DNA of 31,478 nucleotides. Source: Saprospiraceae bacterium (GTDB taxonomy: Bacteria > Bacteroidota > Bacteroidia > Chitinophagales > Saprospiraceae). The stretch covers positions 1 through 31,478 of the forward strand of contig JAHDBO010000001.1 in the NCBI GenBank assembly GCA_020630355.1. The letters are read 5' to 3'. Each line of letters opens with the position of its first letter. The stretch's first letter is position 1. Shown here piece by piece: positions 8,440 to 16,757 of this stretch. A model generated the notes under the pieces. The model had not been told where the DNA came from, searched no databases, and worked only from the letters and a program-made list of their open reading frames with translations. Position numbers and translations under genes: made by a program.

Positions 8440-9783
8440 ATGAAAATAATTATTGCAGGAGCTGGCGCCGTCGGTCTGCATTTGGCAGAACTTTTGTCTA
8501 TCGAATTGCACGATTTGGTGTTGATAGATACGGACGAGCACCTACTGGATCAGATACGCCAAAGGATGGATATTATGGTTGTTCACGGTGACGCTGCCTC
8601 CCCGACTGTACTGATGGAGGCAGGTGTGAAACAATCTGATTTATGTATTGCTGCAACCACGTCGGAAAAAACAAATCTCCTAGTGGCAATAATGGCGAAA
8701 CAACTTGGAAGCCACAAAACAATAGCCCGTATCAACAACCCAGAATATTTGACTTGGACACAACTCCAACAGTTTGAATCATTGGGTATTGCGGCACTGA
8801 TTTCTCCCGAGCTACTAGCGGCCAAAGAAATATACGCCTTGCTTAGAAAAGCGGCCTATTTTGATTGGACAGCTTTCGAGTCGGGTCGAATTCTTGTGCT
8901 TGGTTTTGATATTAAAGAAGATTCCGATTTGATTGGACGCTCACTCAGGGAAATATCGGGACGGTTCAATAAATTGCCTTTTATAGTGGTGGCCATTCTC
9001 CGAAATCAAGAAACTATTATTCCAAACGGTAGCACGACTTTAGAGTCAGGAGACTATATCTATGTTTCCACCAACAAGAAAGAAGAAAAAAAAGTAAAAG
9101 AGACTTTTGCCATACCAGAAAGGAAAATCAGGCAGGTCATGGTAATAGGGAACACGAGTTTGTCTATACAAACAGCCCAACTATTAGAACAGGATTTTAA
9201 GGTGAAATTGTTACTTAGCGATGGGGTGCTGGCAGAACAAGCGAGCATTAAATGCCCTGCTGCGTCAACGTTGCTAGTGGAGTCCTTTGAAGCAAAATAT
9301 CTCAAAGAGGAAGGGTTGGGAAATATGGATGCCTTTATTGCAATATCCAATAATCTAGAAGCCAACATTGTTTTAGGTCTGATAGCGAAACAATTAGGTG
9401 TTTACAAGGTCATTGCTAAGGTCAATAATGAGCAATACTATGGTTTTTCTAGAGGTTTAGGTATTGATTCTATCGTCAATAAAAAACGCTTGGCAGCCAA
9501 TGAGATTTTCAGGCATATCCGTAGGGGCAATGTCGCCTCAGTCGTGAATCTACACGATGTAGAAGCGGAACTGATAGAGTTTGTAGTAGCAGAAGGTAGT
9601 CGGCTGGATGGCTTGAGTCTGGAACAAGCTGGCTTTCCCAAACATTCCATTGTAACAGGAGTGATTAGAGGGGATAAGGGGATCATTCCTAGGGGAGATT
9701 TTGTATTCCAAAAAGAAGATAAAATCGTGACGCTAGCTGCGAACGATAGTATATTGTCTGTTGAAGATCTCTGTTGTCAATGA
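8440..9783 (+). CDS. trkA: Trk system potassium transporter, NAD-binding subunit
   Basis: MKIIIAGAGAVG Rossmann motif; two RCK_N/RCK_C pairs; 447 aa. Confidence 0.95.
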   Translation: MKIIIAGAGAVGLHLAELLSIELHDLVLIDTDEHLLDQIRQRMDIMVVHGDAASPTVLMEAGVKQSDLCIAATTSEKTNLLVAIMAKQLGSHKTIARINNPEYLTWTQLQQFESLGIAALISPELLAAKEIYALLRKAAYFDWTAFESGRILVLGFDIKEDSDLIGRSLREISGRFNKLPFIVVAILRNQETIIPNGSTTLESGDYIYVSTNKKEEKKVKETFAIPERKIRQVMVIGNTSLSIQTAQLLEQDFKVKLLLSDGVLAEQASIKCPAASTLLVESFEAKYLKEEGLGNMDAFIAISNNLEANIVLGLIAKQLGVYKVIAKVNNEQYYGFSRGLGIDSIVNKKRLAANEIFRHIRRGNVASVVNLHDVEAELIEFVVAEGSRLDGLSLEQAGFPKHSIVTGVIRGDKGIIPRGDFVFQKEDKIVTLAANDSILSVEDLCCQ

Positions 9784-11243
9784 TAAACTATCAAATCATA
9801 GCACGCACAAACGGAATGGTGTTGTCTATTTTGGGGCTACTGATGATGCTCCCCTTGTTCGTCTCTTATTACTATGATTCGAGCGGCGATAATATGTTGT
9901 TTTTGTCGGCTGCTATAACATTTTTATCTGGAGAGACTTTGCGTTATTATGGCAAGTCGAGCACTGCTACCTCCATAGGAAGAAAAGAGGGGTATATCAT
10001 TGTTGTTTTGGCTTGGGTGAGCATGAGTTTGTTTAGTATACTCCCTTATTATCTAGGAGGATATATATCTGATTTTACAAAAGCTTTCTTTGAAAGCGTC
10101 TCTGGTTTGACAACTACAGGAGCAACGGTTATCAAAGATATAGAGTCCCTGCCCAAAGGGATTCTTTTTTGGCGAAGCCTCACACAATGGATTGGCGGCA
10201 TGGGTATTATCGTACTGACTGTTGCCATTTTTCCTTTATTCGGTCTAAGTGGGGTAGAATTGTACAGGGCGGAAGTGCCGGGGCCATCCAAAGAAAGGTT
10301 GCACCCTAGGGTGCTGGATACAGCACGCATGCTTTGGGGGGTGTATATCGGCTTAACCGTATTGTTGATTCTACTTCTCTTTTGTTTTGGAATGAGTTTT
10401 TATGATGCTATTAATCACGGCTTCACGACAATGGCAACAGGTGGCTTTTCTACCAAGAATGCTAGTATAGCCGCTTTTTCAGATAGGGGGATTCAATATA
10501 TATTGCTGCTGTTCATGTTTTTGGCAGGTAGTAACTATGCGATTGTCTTTTATGCATTGAAGCGAGAATGGAAAAAAGTATACAGGCATGAGGAGTTCGT
10601 TACGTACACTACCATAATGCTTCTTTTATCCCTATCGGTTGGTGCTGGAATTTACTTTTATCAGGATGTTGCTCTGGAACGTGCTTTTCGAGATGGTGCC
10701 TTCCAAGTGGTTTCGATAGTCACAACGACAGGTTTTGTATCTGCGGATTATACCCAATTTTTCCCTTCTAGTAGTGTATTGTTTTTCTTCCTTTTATTCA
10801 CGGGAGCCTGCTCTGGCTCTACAAGCGGGGGTGTCAAAATTATACGGCATTTAGTCTTGTTTAAACACATCAAAACAGTGTTTAGTAAGCTTGTGAATCC
10901 GAGATTAGTCGTTCCTTTACAGCTCCACGATAAAGCAATCAAAAAGGGTTATTTGCAACATATAACAGGTTTTATCGTCACTTATGGCTTCCTCTTTTTG
11001 ATAGGTTGTCTTTTAATGTCCTTTATTTTGTCAGGTACAGAAGATGTGTTTGAAACGGCGCTTACTGCTGTAGCGACCTGCTTAGGAAATGTTGGGCCTG
11101 GTCTGGGGGGCGTAGGGCCTACGGATAATTTCTCCGAACTGCCTCATACTGGATACTGGCTGCTTATTTTTTATATGTTACTAGGGCGGCTAGAGTTGTT
11201 TTCTGTTCTAGTATTGTTTTTCCCTTATTTTTGGAAGCAGTAG
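9780..11243 (+). CDS. trkH: Trk system potassium uptake membrane protein
   Basis: FESVSGLTTTG, TMATGGFS, VSIVTTTGF and GNVGPG pore loops; ATG 9780 overlaps the trkA stop (ATGA). Confidence 0.95.
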   Translation: MINYQIIARTNGMVLSILGLLMMLPLFVSYYYDSSGDNMLFLSAAITFLSGETLRYYGKSSTATSIGRKEGYIIVVLAWVSMSLFSILPYYLGGYISDFTKAFFESVSGLTTTGATVIKDIESLPKGILFWRSLTQWIGGMGIIVLTVAIFPLFGLSGVELYRAEVPGPSKERLHPRVLDTARMLWGVYIGLTVLLILLLFCFGMSFYDAINHGFTTMATGGFSTKNASIAAFSDRGIQYILLLFMFLAGSNYAIVFYALKREWKKVYRHEEFVTYTTIMLLLSLSVGAGIYFYQDVALERAFRDGAFQVVSIVTTTGFVSADYTQFFPSSSVLFFFLLFTGACSGSTSGGVKIIRHLVLFKHIKTVFSKLVNPRLVVPLQLHDKAIKKGYLQHITGFIVTYGFLFLIGCLLMSFILSGTEDVFETALTAVATCLGNVGPGLGGVGPTDNFSELPHTGYWLLIFYMLLGRLELFSVLVLFFPYFWKQ

Positions 11244-11370
11244 CAATTGTTTATGTGTTTTCCCTGTTTTTAATGTTAAAACATAAACAATTCGATGGTT
11301 TTTTAAACTATTCCTCATATTTTTAGTTACTTTACGTACCAGAGCCTATTATCTTGTTACATAGATATTC

Positions 11371-12666
11371 ATGTATTTCACATCCAACCCCAGTGGGCTC
11401 GGAAACATCACTAGTTTAGCTGATGAATCCAATCTAGTCATTATATTCTCGGATAAGTCGGGTAAAATTATTTGGAGCAACACCCAGATACACCATTTCT
11501 TTGGTATCTCATTAGTAGATGTAGTAGGCTATCCTATATTTCATTTCCTGCCAGAGCTTTCCTTGATGGATCTTTTAAAGAGCAACAAACAAGGTAGTGT
11601 TATATGTGTCAGCAGTCAATTGTTAGATGCTCATAAAATGCTCCATGATATTTATTTGTCTATCGCGCCAGTAAGCGTAAATGATAAGTTGGGTTACGGC
11701 TTTATAATCGGAATTGATGACAAAGCTAGAAATGTCCATACTTCTATAAGCAATGAATTTTTGAAAACCGTTCCCCGACAAAAATCTGATAAAGTTTGGT
11801 ATAATAAAGGGTTGAAGCCAAAAGGGGTTACACCGATAGGGCTCATCAATAGAGAAATCGTAAGCTATGGCATCTCTTACGGGAATATTTTACATCAAAT
11901 TGCGGACTATTGCGCTTTAAAAGAACAACATATTTTGATTTTTGGTGAAAAAGGTACGGGTAAAAAGCTTATATGTAAAACAATGCACCAATGCATGCAA
12001 GCAGAGGGAGAGTATCCATTATTGTTAGACTGCAACCTTCGCACCAACGAAGATAACGAACAAATGCTTTTTGGTGTACAGAGAGGCAGCACTATACAAG
12101 AAGGCCTTCTAGATAAAGTGGATAAAGGAGCCCTTTATTTGTGTAATATTGATTCTTTGGATATCCAGCTACAGGACAAATTAGTAGTAGCCTTGATGGA
12201 TAAACAATTTTATAGGTACAAATCAAAAGTATCTATACCTATAAATTTCAGGTTAGTGGCAACCTGTGAAGCATCTCCTAACAGCCTGTTAAGAAAGGGT
12301 AAGCTACACCCTGCTCTAGTCCGCTTGTTTAGGGAAACAACTATTTGTAATATCCCTCTTCGGGAACGTCGAGAAGACATCCCCTTACTTATTCAGTTTT
12401 TTATAAGACAGTATGGTATGAAATTATTTTTGAAAAAGGACTCTCTTTTTTCAGAAAAAGAATTGGAACGCATAATATCCTATGATTATCCAGAAAACAT
12501 ATCAGAGCTCGAACGGATAACACGACAGGCTATTAGTGATTTTCCAATCGAGCTAATGCATCCTATGGCGGTATTATTGAAGGAGTTGATAGATAAAAAC
12601 AAAACATCCGATGATGCGAGCACTTTGAGTGGCAATATAAGTTCTGACCTAGACAGAGCAGTATGA
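11371..12666 (+). CDS. PAS + sigma-54-activator-like AAA+ domain protein, catalytically degenerate, no evident HTH
   Basis: PAS-like N-terminus; Walker A GEKGTGK, PLRERREDIPLL retained; Walker B reads LYLCNID; GAFTGA absent. Confidence 0.8.
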   Translation: MYFTSNPSGLGNITSLADESNLVIIFSDKSGKIIWSNTQIHHFFGISLVDVVGYPIFHFLPELSLMDLLKSNKQGSVICVSSQLLDAHKMLHDIYLSIAPVSVNDKLGYGFIIGIDDKARNVHTSISNEFLKTVPRQKSDKVWYNKGLKPKGVTPIGLINREIVSYGISYGNILHQIADYCALKEQHILIFGEKGTGKKLICKTMHQCMQAEGEYPLLLDCNLRTNEDNEQMLFGVQRGSTIQEGLLDKVDKGALYLCNIDSLDIQLQDKLVVALMDKQFYRYKSKVSIPINFRLVATCEASPNSLLRKGKLHPALVRLFRETTICNIPLRERREDIPLLIQFFIRQYGMKLFLKKDSLFSEKELERIISYDYPENISELERITRQAISDFPIELMHPMAVLLKELIDKNKTSDDASTLSGNISSDLDRAV

Positions 12667-12923
12667 AATCAAAAATTTCCGAATGGGTTATTTATGGTTC
12701 CCCAACCGTTACCTTTTTGTTATAGACGGTAATATCTTTGTGGGGTACTCTAATTGGAGTATTGGGCTCTGTGGCGGCCCTCTTTGTAGTGTGCCGCCAC
12801 TATCTCAAATGCTGGGGATTAAGAGCTCAATTGGGTTGGTTCTTTGTAAGGGCCAACCTTTTTTTGTTGAACTTTTTTTGTTGGATAATCGAACAAACCA
12901 GGGCTTCAATCATTTTAGTGTAA
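12663..12923 (+). pseudogene. Possible small membrane protein interrupted by an in-frame TAG (alternative: intact ORF 12683-12931)
   Basis: ATG 12663 overlaps the upstream stop; MKSKISEWVIYGSPTVTFLL-TAG(12723-12725)-TVISLWGTLIGVLGSVAALFVVC... Confidence 0.3.
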
Positions 12924-12927
12924 ATGA

Positions 12928-13989
12928 ATGATGGTAGTTAAACCAAAAATAAACAATGCAGTAGGGGTGGTCAAAGCTTTGGGCGAAGCACTGGGACAAC
13001 AAACCCAAATCACAAACAAAGTATGTGAAATCGTTGTTCCAAAATCGAATGGAAGTGGTTTTGTCAGAGCATTTGAGTTTCCAATGGGGCTATCACTTTT
13101 AATGGTTGATATCCATCTCAGAGATAGTATTACTATTAATATCACAGACGCTTCTATCAAACCACTCTTATTTGTTTTCAATATAAAAGGTGATTTTATC
13201 CATCATCTTGATAACAATCATATCCAGTATCGGCTACCAATAGAGTCTTCTTCTATTGTGTCGAATGTCAAAGGGAGGAGTCAATTCATATATCTAAACG
13301 GCGGCGGTCAGCACCGGTTTATCATTGCTATGATTGACCGTTACCGCTATTTAGGCAAAATAGAATCGACCCTTGAAAACCTACCAGAGATATTAGTGTC
13401 TACATTCAAAGATATTGAAAGCCGGGTCTCATTTTTCTATATGAATGCTTACAATATTTCTTGTACGGAGTGCATTAAAAAAATTTATAATAAAAGAATA
13501 CCGGGCTTGGTCAACTATACCTACAGCGAGGCCAAGACGCTAGAACTAGTGGCTTGTCTGATAGACCAATACTGTGAAGAGGTGGAGGGTAGGAACCTGG
13601 TTTTAAATTATAAACCTTCAGACTTAGAAGCTATCAAAAAGGCAAAACAATATATACAAGACAACCTTTCCGTCACAACAACGATTCCAGAGCTCGCAAA
13701 AATTGTTGGATTGAATCAACAAAAACTCAAAAAAGGATTTAAAGATTTATACCAAAAAACAATCAGGCAATTTCTTCGAGAAGAACGCTTGGAAAGGGCA
13801 AGTGTGCTCATACTGAGAAATGAAATGAATATAGGAGCAGTGGCAGAAGAAGTAGGGTATCAGAATAAGAGCCACTTTGCCAAACGATTCAAGGAAAGAT
13901 ATGGCGTACTTCCGAAAGACTTTCTCAGTTCTTCACGAGATAAATGGCAGAAAAATGCCGAAACGCATGAACAGAGTCATGTTCTATAA
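12928..13989 (+). CDS. AraC family transcriptional regulator
   Basis: C-terminal double HTH: TIPELAKIVGLNQQKLKKGFK...IGAVAEEVGYQNKSHFAKRFKERYGVLP. Confidence 0.93.
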   Translation: MMVVKPKINNAVGVVKALGEALGQQTQITNKVCEIVVPKSNGSGFVRAFEFPMGLSLLMVDIHLRDSITINITDASIKPLLFVFNIKGDFIHHLDNNHIQYRLPIESSSIVSNVKGRSQFIYLNGGGQHRFIIAMIDRYRYLGKIESTLENLPEILVSTFKDIESRVSFFYMNAYNISCTECIKKIYNKRIPGLVNYTYSEAKTLELVACLIDQYCEEVEGRNLVLNYKPSDLEAIKKAKQYIQDNLSVTTTIPELAKIVGLNQQKLKKGFKDLYQKTIRQFLREERLERASVLILRNEMNIGAVAEEVGYQNKSHFAKRFKERYGVLPKDFLSSSRDKWQKNAETHEQSHVL

Positions 13990-14009
13990 TCGAAATCTTT
14001 GTCAATAAG

Positions 14010-14049
14010 ACCAAAAGAGTTTGGATTTTTAAATCCAAACTCTTTTGGT
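14010..14049. terminator. Long near-perfect palindrome / terminator after araC
   Basis: ACCAAAAGAGTTTGGATTT-tt-AAATCCAAACTCTTTTGGT (19-bp arms). Confidence 0.7.
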
Positions 14050-14080
14050 TTGTATATAGTGGTTTTAGCACCTATTTTTG
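14049..14080 (+). promoter_or_regulatory. Bacteroidota housekeeping sigma promoter (-33/-7)
   Basis: TTTG(14049-14052)-N20-TATTTTTG(14073-14080) fits TTTG-N19-21-TAnnTTTG. Confidence 0.6.
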
Positions 14081-14086
14081 AGGTAG

Positions 14087-14251
14087 TATAAAACTGATAC
14101 ACAAAATAAAAGTTAATTATATTTCTGGGGTAGGTTCTTTATCTAAACTATCCATAGAGCGGCATAATCGTTTTGTGCTAATAAAAATTTGAGCAGTGTT
14201 TTGGTCACTTTGACCAAATTCAGGGGATCCTTGTGGGAGGGTCCCCTTTTT
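14087..14251 (+). ncRNA. Candidate ~165-nt sRNA or terminated leader
   Basis: Bounded by a consensus housekeeping promoter and an intrinsic terminator; no ATG inside; internal hairpin TTTGGTCA-ctt-TGACCAAA. Confidence 0.45.
14222..14251 (+). terminator. Intrinsic terminator
   Basis: AGGGGATCC-N8-GGGTCCCCT followed by TTTT. Confidence 0.7.
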
Positions 14252-14262
14252 GTTTTAAATAA

Positions 14263-14293
14263 TTGAACATCAGAGGGGAATGACTGTTTTAGT
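14263..14293 (+). promoter_or_regulatory. ECF-type island promoter motif, copy 4
   Basis: TTGAACAT-N14-TGTTTTAGT, 35 nt upstream of ATG 14329. Confidence 0.65.
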
Positions 14294-14328
14294 GGTGGAT
14301 AATTGCAATGATTTAAACACTAAAACGG

Positions 14329-15558
14329 ATGAAAATGAAAGATAAATTGTATTTGAGTGGTTTACTCCTATTTTGCCTCATGCAAATAGTAACAGCACAA
14401 GGTCTTGACAATGAACAAGGGTTTAAATTAGAGCGAGCCGATGATTATTTTTTAATGGATGAAGATGTTGCTTTTTCTATGTTGGATGAAGAGGTGATTT
14501 CTAATCCTTACTCGGTAGAAGCACTGATTAAAAGGGCGAAATTAAAGATGCGCTATGGTCAAGCTAGCGAGGCAAAAAAGGATTTGGATAGGGCGCTTCA
14601 AATCAACCCCTTTGCGCTATATTTATATGATTTTTATGGAAAAAAAGGAATTATAGCACTACTAGAAACAGAGCCGAATAAAGCTCTGGTCTCCTTAACC
14701 GTAGAGGATCGGGTGGATGAGTATCGAGACTACCTAGACAATATGTTCGACAAAGAACGTTTTTCAGGAGGTAGTTTTGAGTTTTTTATGAGTATTCTAA
14801 ATTTGATAGAATTGGAAGAATATCAGGAAGCAGTTGACCAAACAAACGCTTACCTCACCAATTATCCGGATTCTAATTATGCGATGGATTTGAAAGCCTT
14901 CGCTTTGATAGAACTTGGAGAAATACAAACAGCAAAAGCGGAACTCCTAAAAGCACTTTCTTACAATATCGAGAATGCAATGACCTACTATAAACTAGGT
15001 AGAATCGCCCGTATTGAAGGGGATGAAGAGACCGCGCTGGATTATTTTAACCGTTCCATTTCTATCAATAGCGCAATGGGGAAAGCCTATTTTGAAAGGG
15101 CAAAGGTTCACAAGAGTTTGGGGCAGTATCTTATGGCGGTGAGAGATTACTCTAAAGCAATGGAGAAAAGTGATTTCACTAAATCCCCTTCTTTAATCAA
15201 TAGAGGGCTGACCAGTAAAATGTTAGGTGATTTCAATAGGGCACATTCAGATCTTTCAAAGTCTATTAGGCTATATCCGAGTAATGCCTTATTGTATAAA
15301 AACCGAGGAAATATAAGCTTCTTGATGGGCGAGTTGGAGGAAGCACTTCGTGATTATGATAAAGCTATCAGCTTAAATGAAGATCTAGCAGAGGCTTATT
15401 ATAATCGCTCATTAGTGCATTATAAGTTACAAAACAAAGATTTGAGTTGTGAGGACTTGGCACGTAGTGCGGCACTAGGGATTACAAAAGCCGCTACAAA
15501 AAAACAGATTTTATGTGACCCCATTGATACAGGTATTCGAGTGACTAATAAACAATAA
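14329..15558 (+). CDS. Exported tetratricopeptide repeat protein
   Basis: Signal peptide ending VTA-Q; many TPR units (e.g. AEAYYNRSLVHYKL, LYKNRGNISFLMGELEEALRDYDKAISLN). Confidence 0.9.
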   Translation: MKMKDKLYLSGLLLFCLMQIVTAQGLDNEQGFKLERADDYFLMDEDVAFSMLDEEVISNPYSVEALIKRAKLKMRYGQASEAKKDLDRALQINPFALYLYDFYGKKGIIALLETEPNKALVSLTVEDRVDEYRDYLDNMFDKERFSGGSFEFFMSILNLIELEEYQEAVDQTNAYLTNYPDSNYAMDLKAFALIELGEIQTAKAELLKALSYNIENAMTYYKLGRIARIEGDEETALDYFNRSISINSAMGKAYFERAKVHKSLGQYLMAVRDYSKAMEKSDFTKSPSLINRGLTSKMLGDFNRAHSDLSKSIRLYPSNALLYKNRGNISFLMGELEEALRDYDKAISLNEDLAEAYYNRSLVHYKLQNKDLSCEDLARSAALGITKAATKKQILCDPIDTGIRVTNKQ

Positions 15559-15581
15559 CGTCGTTGGTAGGATACATTGTT

Positions 15582-15624
15582 AAAGAGCCGCTTTAAACTT
15601 ATGTTTGAAGCGGCTCTTTTTTTA
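15582..15624 (+). terminator. Intrinsic terminator
   Basis: AAAGAGCCGCTTTAAAC-ttat-GTTTGAAGCGGCTCTTT plus a T-tract. Confidence 0.85.
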
Positions 15625-15786
15625 TAAATAAAAAGCTAGGGAAATATTCTCCTTTTTCTCAAAGGGTTATCTTATACCAATACATAGTTAGAATGTCAAT
15701 TAAATTCATTTGTATTTTTCTGCTTGGACAAGGCTGGTTCCCAAATCGTCAACTTGTTTTTCGTCCGTTACTAAGTATATGTAAAA

Positions 15787-15817
15787 TCGAACATATAACA
15801 GCCCTAGCCGTTGTAGT
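15787..15817 (+). promoter_or_regulatory. ECF-type island promoter motif, copy 5
   Basis: TCGAACAT-N14-CGTTGTAGT, 43 nt upstream of ATG 15861. Confidence 0.7.
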
Positions 15818-15860
15818 TTAAAACTATATCTGACAATAGTTAGATTATAAAACATTGGTT

Positions 15861-16187
15861 ATGGCAATGATCGTTTTTGTAAAGAACACAGCAGGTCTAC
15901 CCAATAAATATGTACGTTTTATTAAATGGAAACTCAGAACTGTAAAAGAGAAATTTCAATGGCTCAATGAGGCTCGGGTTTTCTTGAAAAAAGAGGGTGT
16001 AAAAAGACCGATATACAAAGCAACTGTAATGTTGAAGGTTCGTGATAAGGTACTAGTATTAAATCAAAAATCAGAACATCTGCCCAGGCTATGGAAGGAG
16101 ATGTATGAAGAAACACAACGGTCTTTAAGGAAATACAGGGACAAAAAACGCCAATCAAGTAAAGATGCATTGAAGTCAATAATTTGA
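15861..16187 (+). CDS. Divergent short HPF/RaiA (S30AE) ribosome-associated protein
   Basis: Aligns by eye with short HPF: RFIKWKL..VKEKF..LNEARVFLKKE...YKATVMLKV....LVLNQKSE......QRSLRKYRDK; very basic; start could be 15867. Confidence 0.7.
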   Translation: MAMIVFVKNTAGLPNKYVRFIKWKLRTVKEKFQWLNEARVFLKKEGVKRPIYKATVMLKVRDKVLVLNQKSEHLPRLWKEMYEETQRSLRKYRDKKRQSSKDALKSII

Positions 16188-16522
16188 ACACACAAAAATT
16201 ATACACTATGATTTACACTTCGAAAAGGAATATAATAGATGGAATTAATCGGGCCAGGGCCAAGGGGTACAAAAAATCTTTTCTTTTCAACGGTAGCCAT
16301 TTAGTGGACAAAGACAGCCTTAATGTTTATGACGCATGGGATTGCGAAATAGTTGAAGAAGAGACATTTGTAGAGGGGCCCTCTTTTGCATTATTTTGGT
16401 TTCGTTGTAAGGATGGCATAAAAGGATATTTAACAAAGCCTCTTAAAGGAGAGCTGAATGATAAGCTGTCCCAATTTCTGAAACGGGTTCAAAACAAGGA
16501 ACAAAGTCTAAATTCGTACTGA
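16184..16522 (+). CDS. Small conserved-looking hypothetical protein
   Basis: IDGINRARAKGYKKSF...EIVEEETFVEG...GIKGYL recalls a Bacteroidota small-protein family often mislabelled as PRPP synthetase (recollection, unverified); TTG start overlaps the HPF-like stop; alternative ATG 16208. Confidence 0.65.
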   Translation: MNTQKLYTMIYTSKRNIIDGINRARAKGYKKSFLFNGSHLVDKDSLNVYDAWDCEIVEEETFVEGPSFALFWFRCKDGIKGYLTKPLKGELNDKLSQFLKRVQNKEQSLNSY

Positions 16523-16541
16523 GTCTTTGGCTCAAACGTAC

Positions 16542-16579
16542 AAAAAGGGGACCTGAGTTGATTTAGCTCAGGTCTTTTT
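16542..16579 (+). terminator. Intrinsic terminator
   Basis: GACCTGAGTT-gattt-AGCTCAGGTC plus TTTTT. Confidence 0.75.
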
Positions 16580-16587
16580 CATTGGAA

Positions 16588-16618
16588 TCGAACATGTACC
16601 CATACTTTCCGTTTTAGT
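16588..16618 (+). promoter_or_regulatory. ECF-type island promoter motif, copy 6
   Basis: TCGAACAT-N14-CGTTTTAGT, 139 nt upstream of ATG 16758, just after a terminator. Confidence 0.7.
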
Positions 16619-16757
16619 TATGTAGCGTTACCCGACGCCAATTTCCAGTTAAACAACACATTAGTAATTAATTGAGTTCAGGACTGTTGACACAGGTCAA
16701 CTAGTCCCCCGGTGTGATTATAACATATATTTTAAATAAAAAAATACAGAAGAAAAG

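Noticed and set aside
12723-12725. TAG recoding or pyrrolysine read-through
   Set aside because: TAG is a normal stop for several clear genes here (6021, 7017, 8424, 11243).
14087-14251. Assignment to 6S, SRP, SAM-II, preQ1 or fluoride riboswitch
   Set aside because: Their hallmark sequences were not found by eye; needs an Rfam search.
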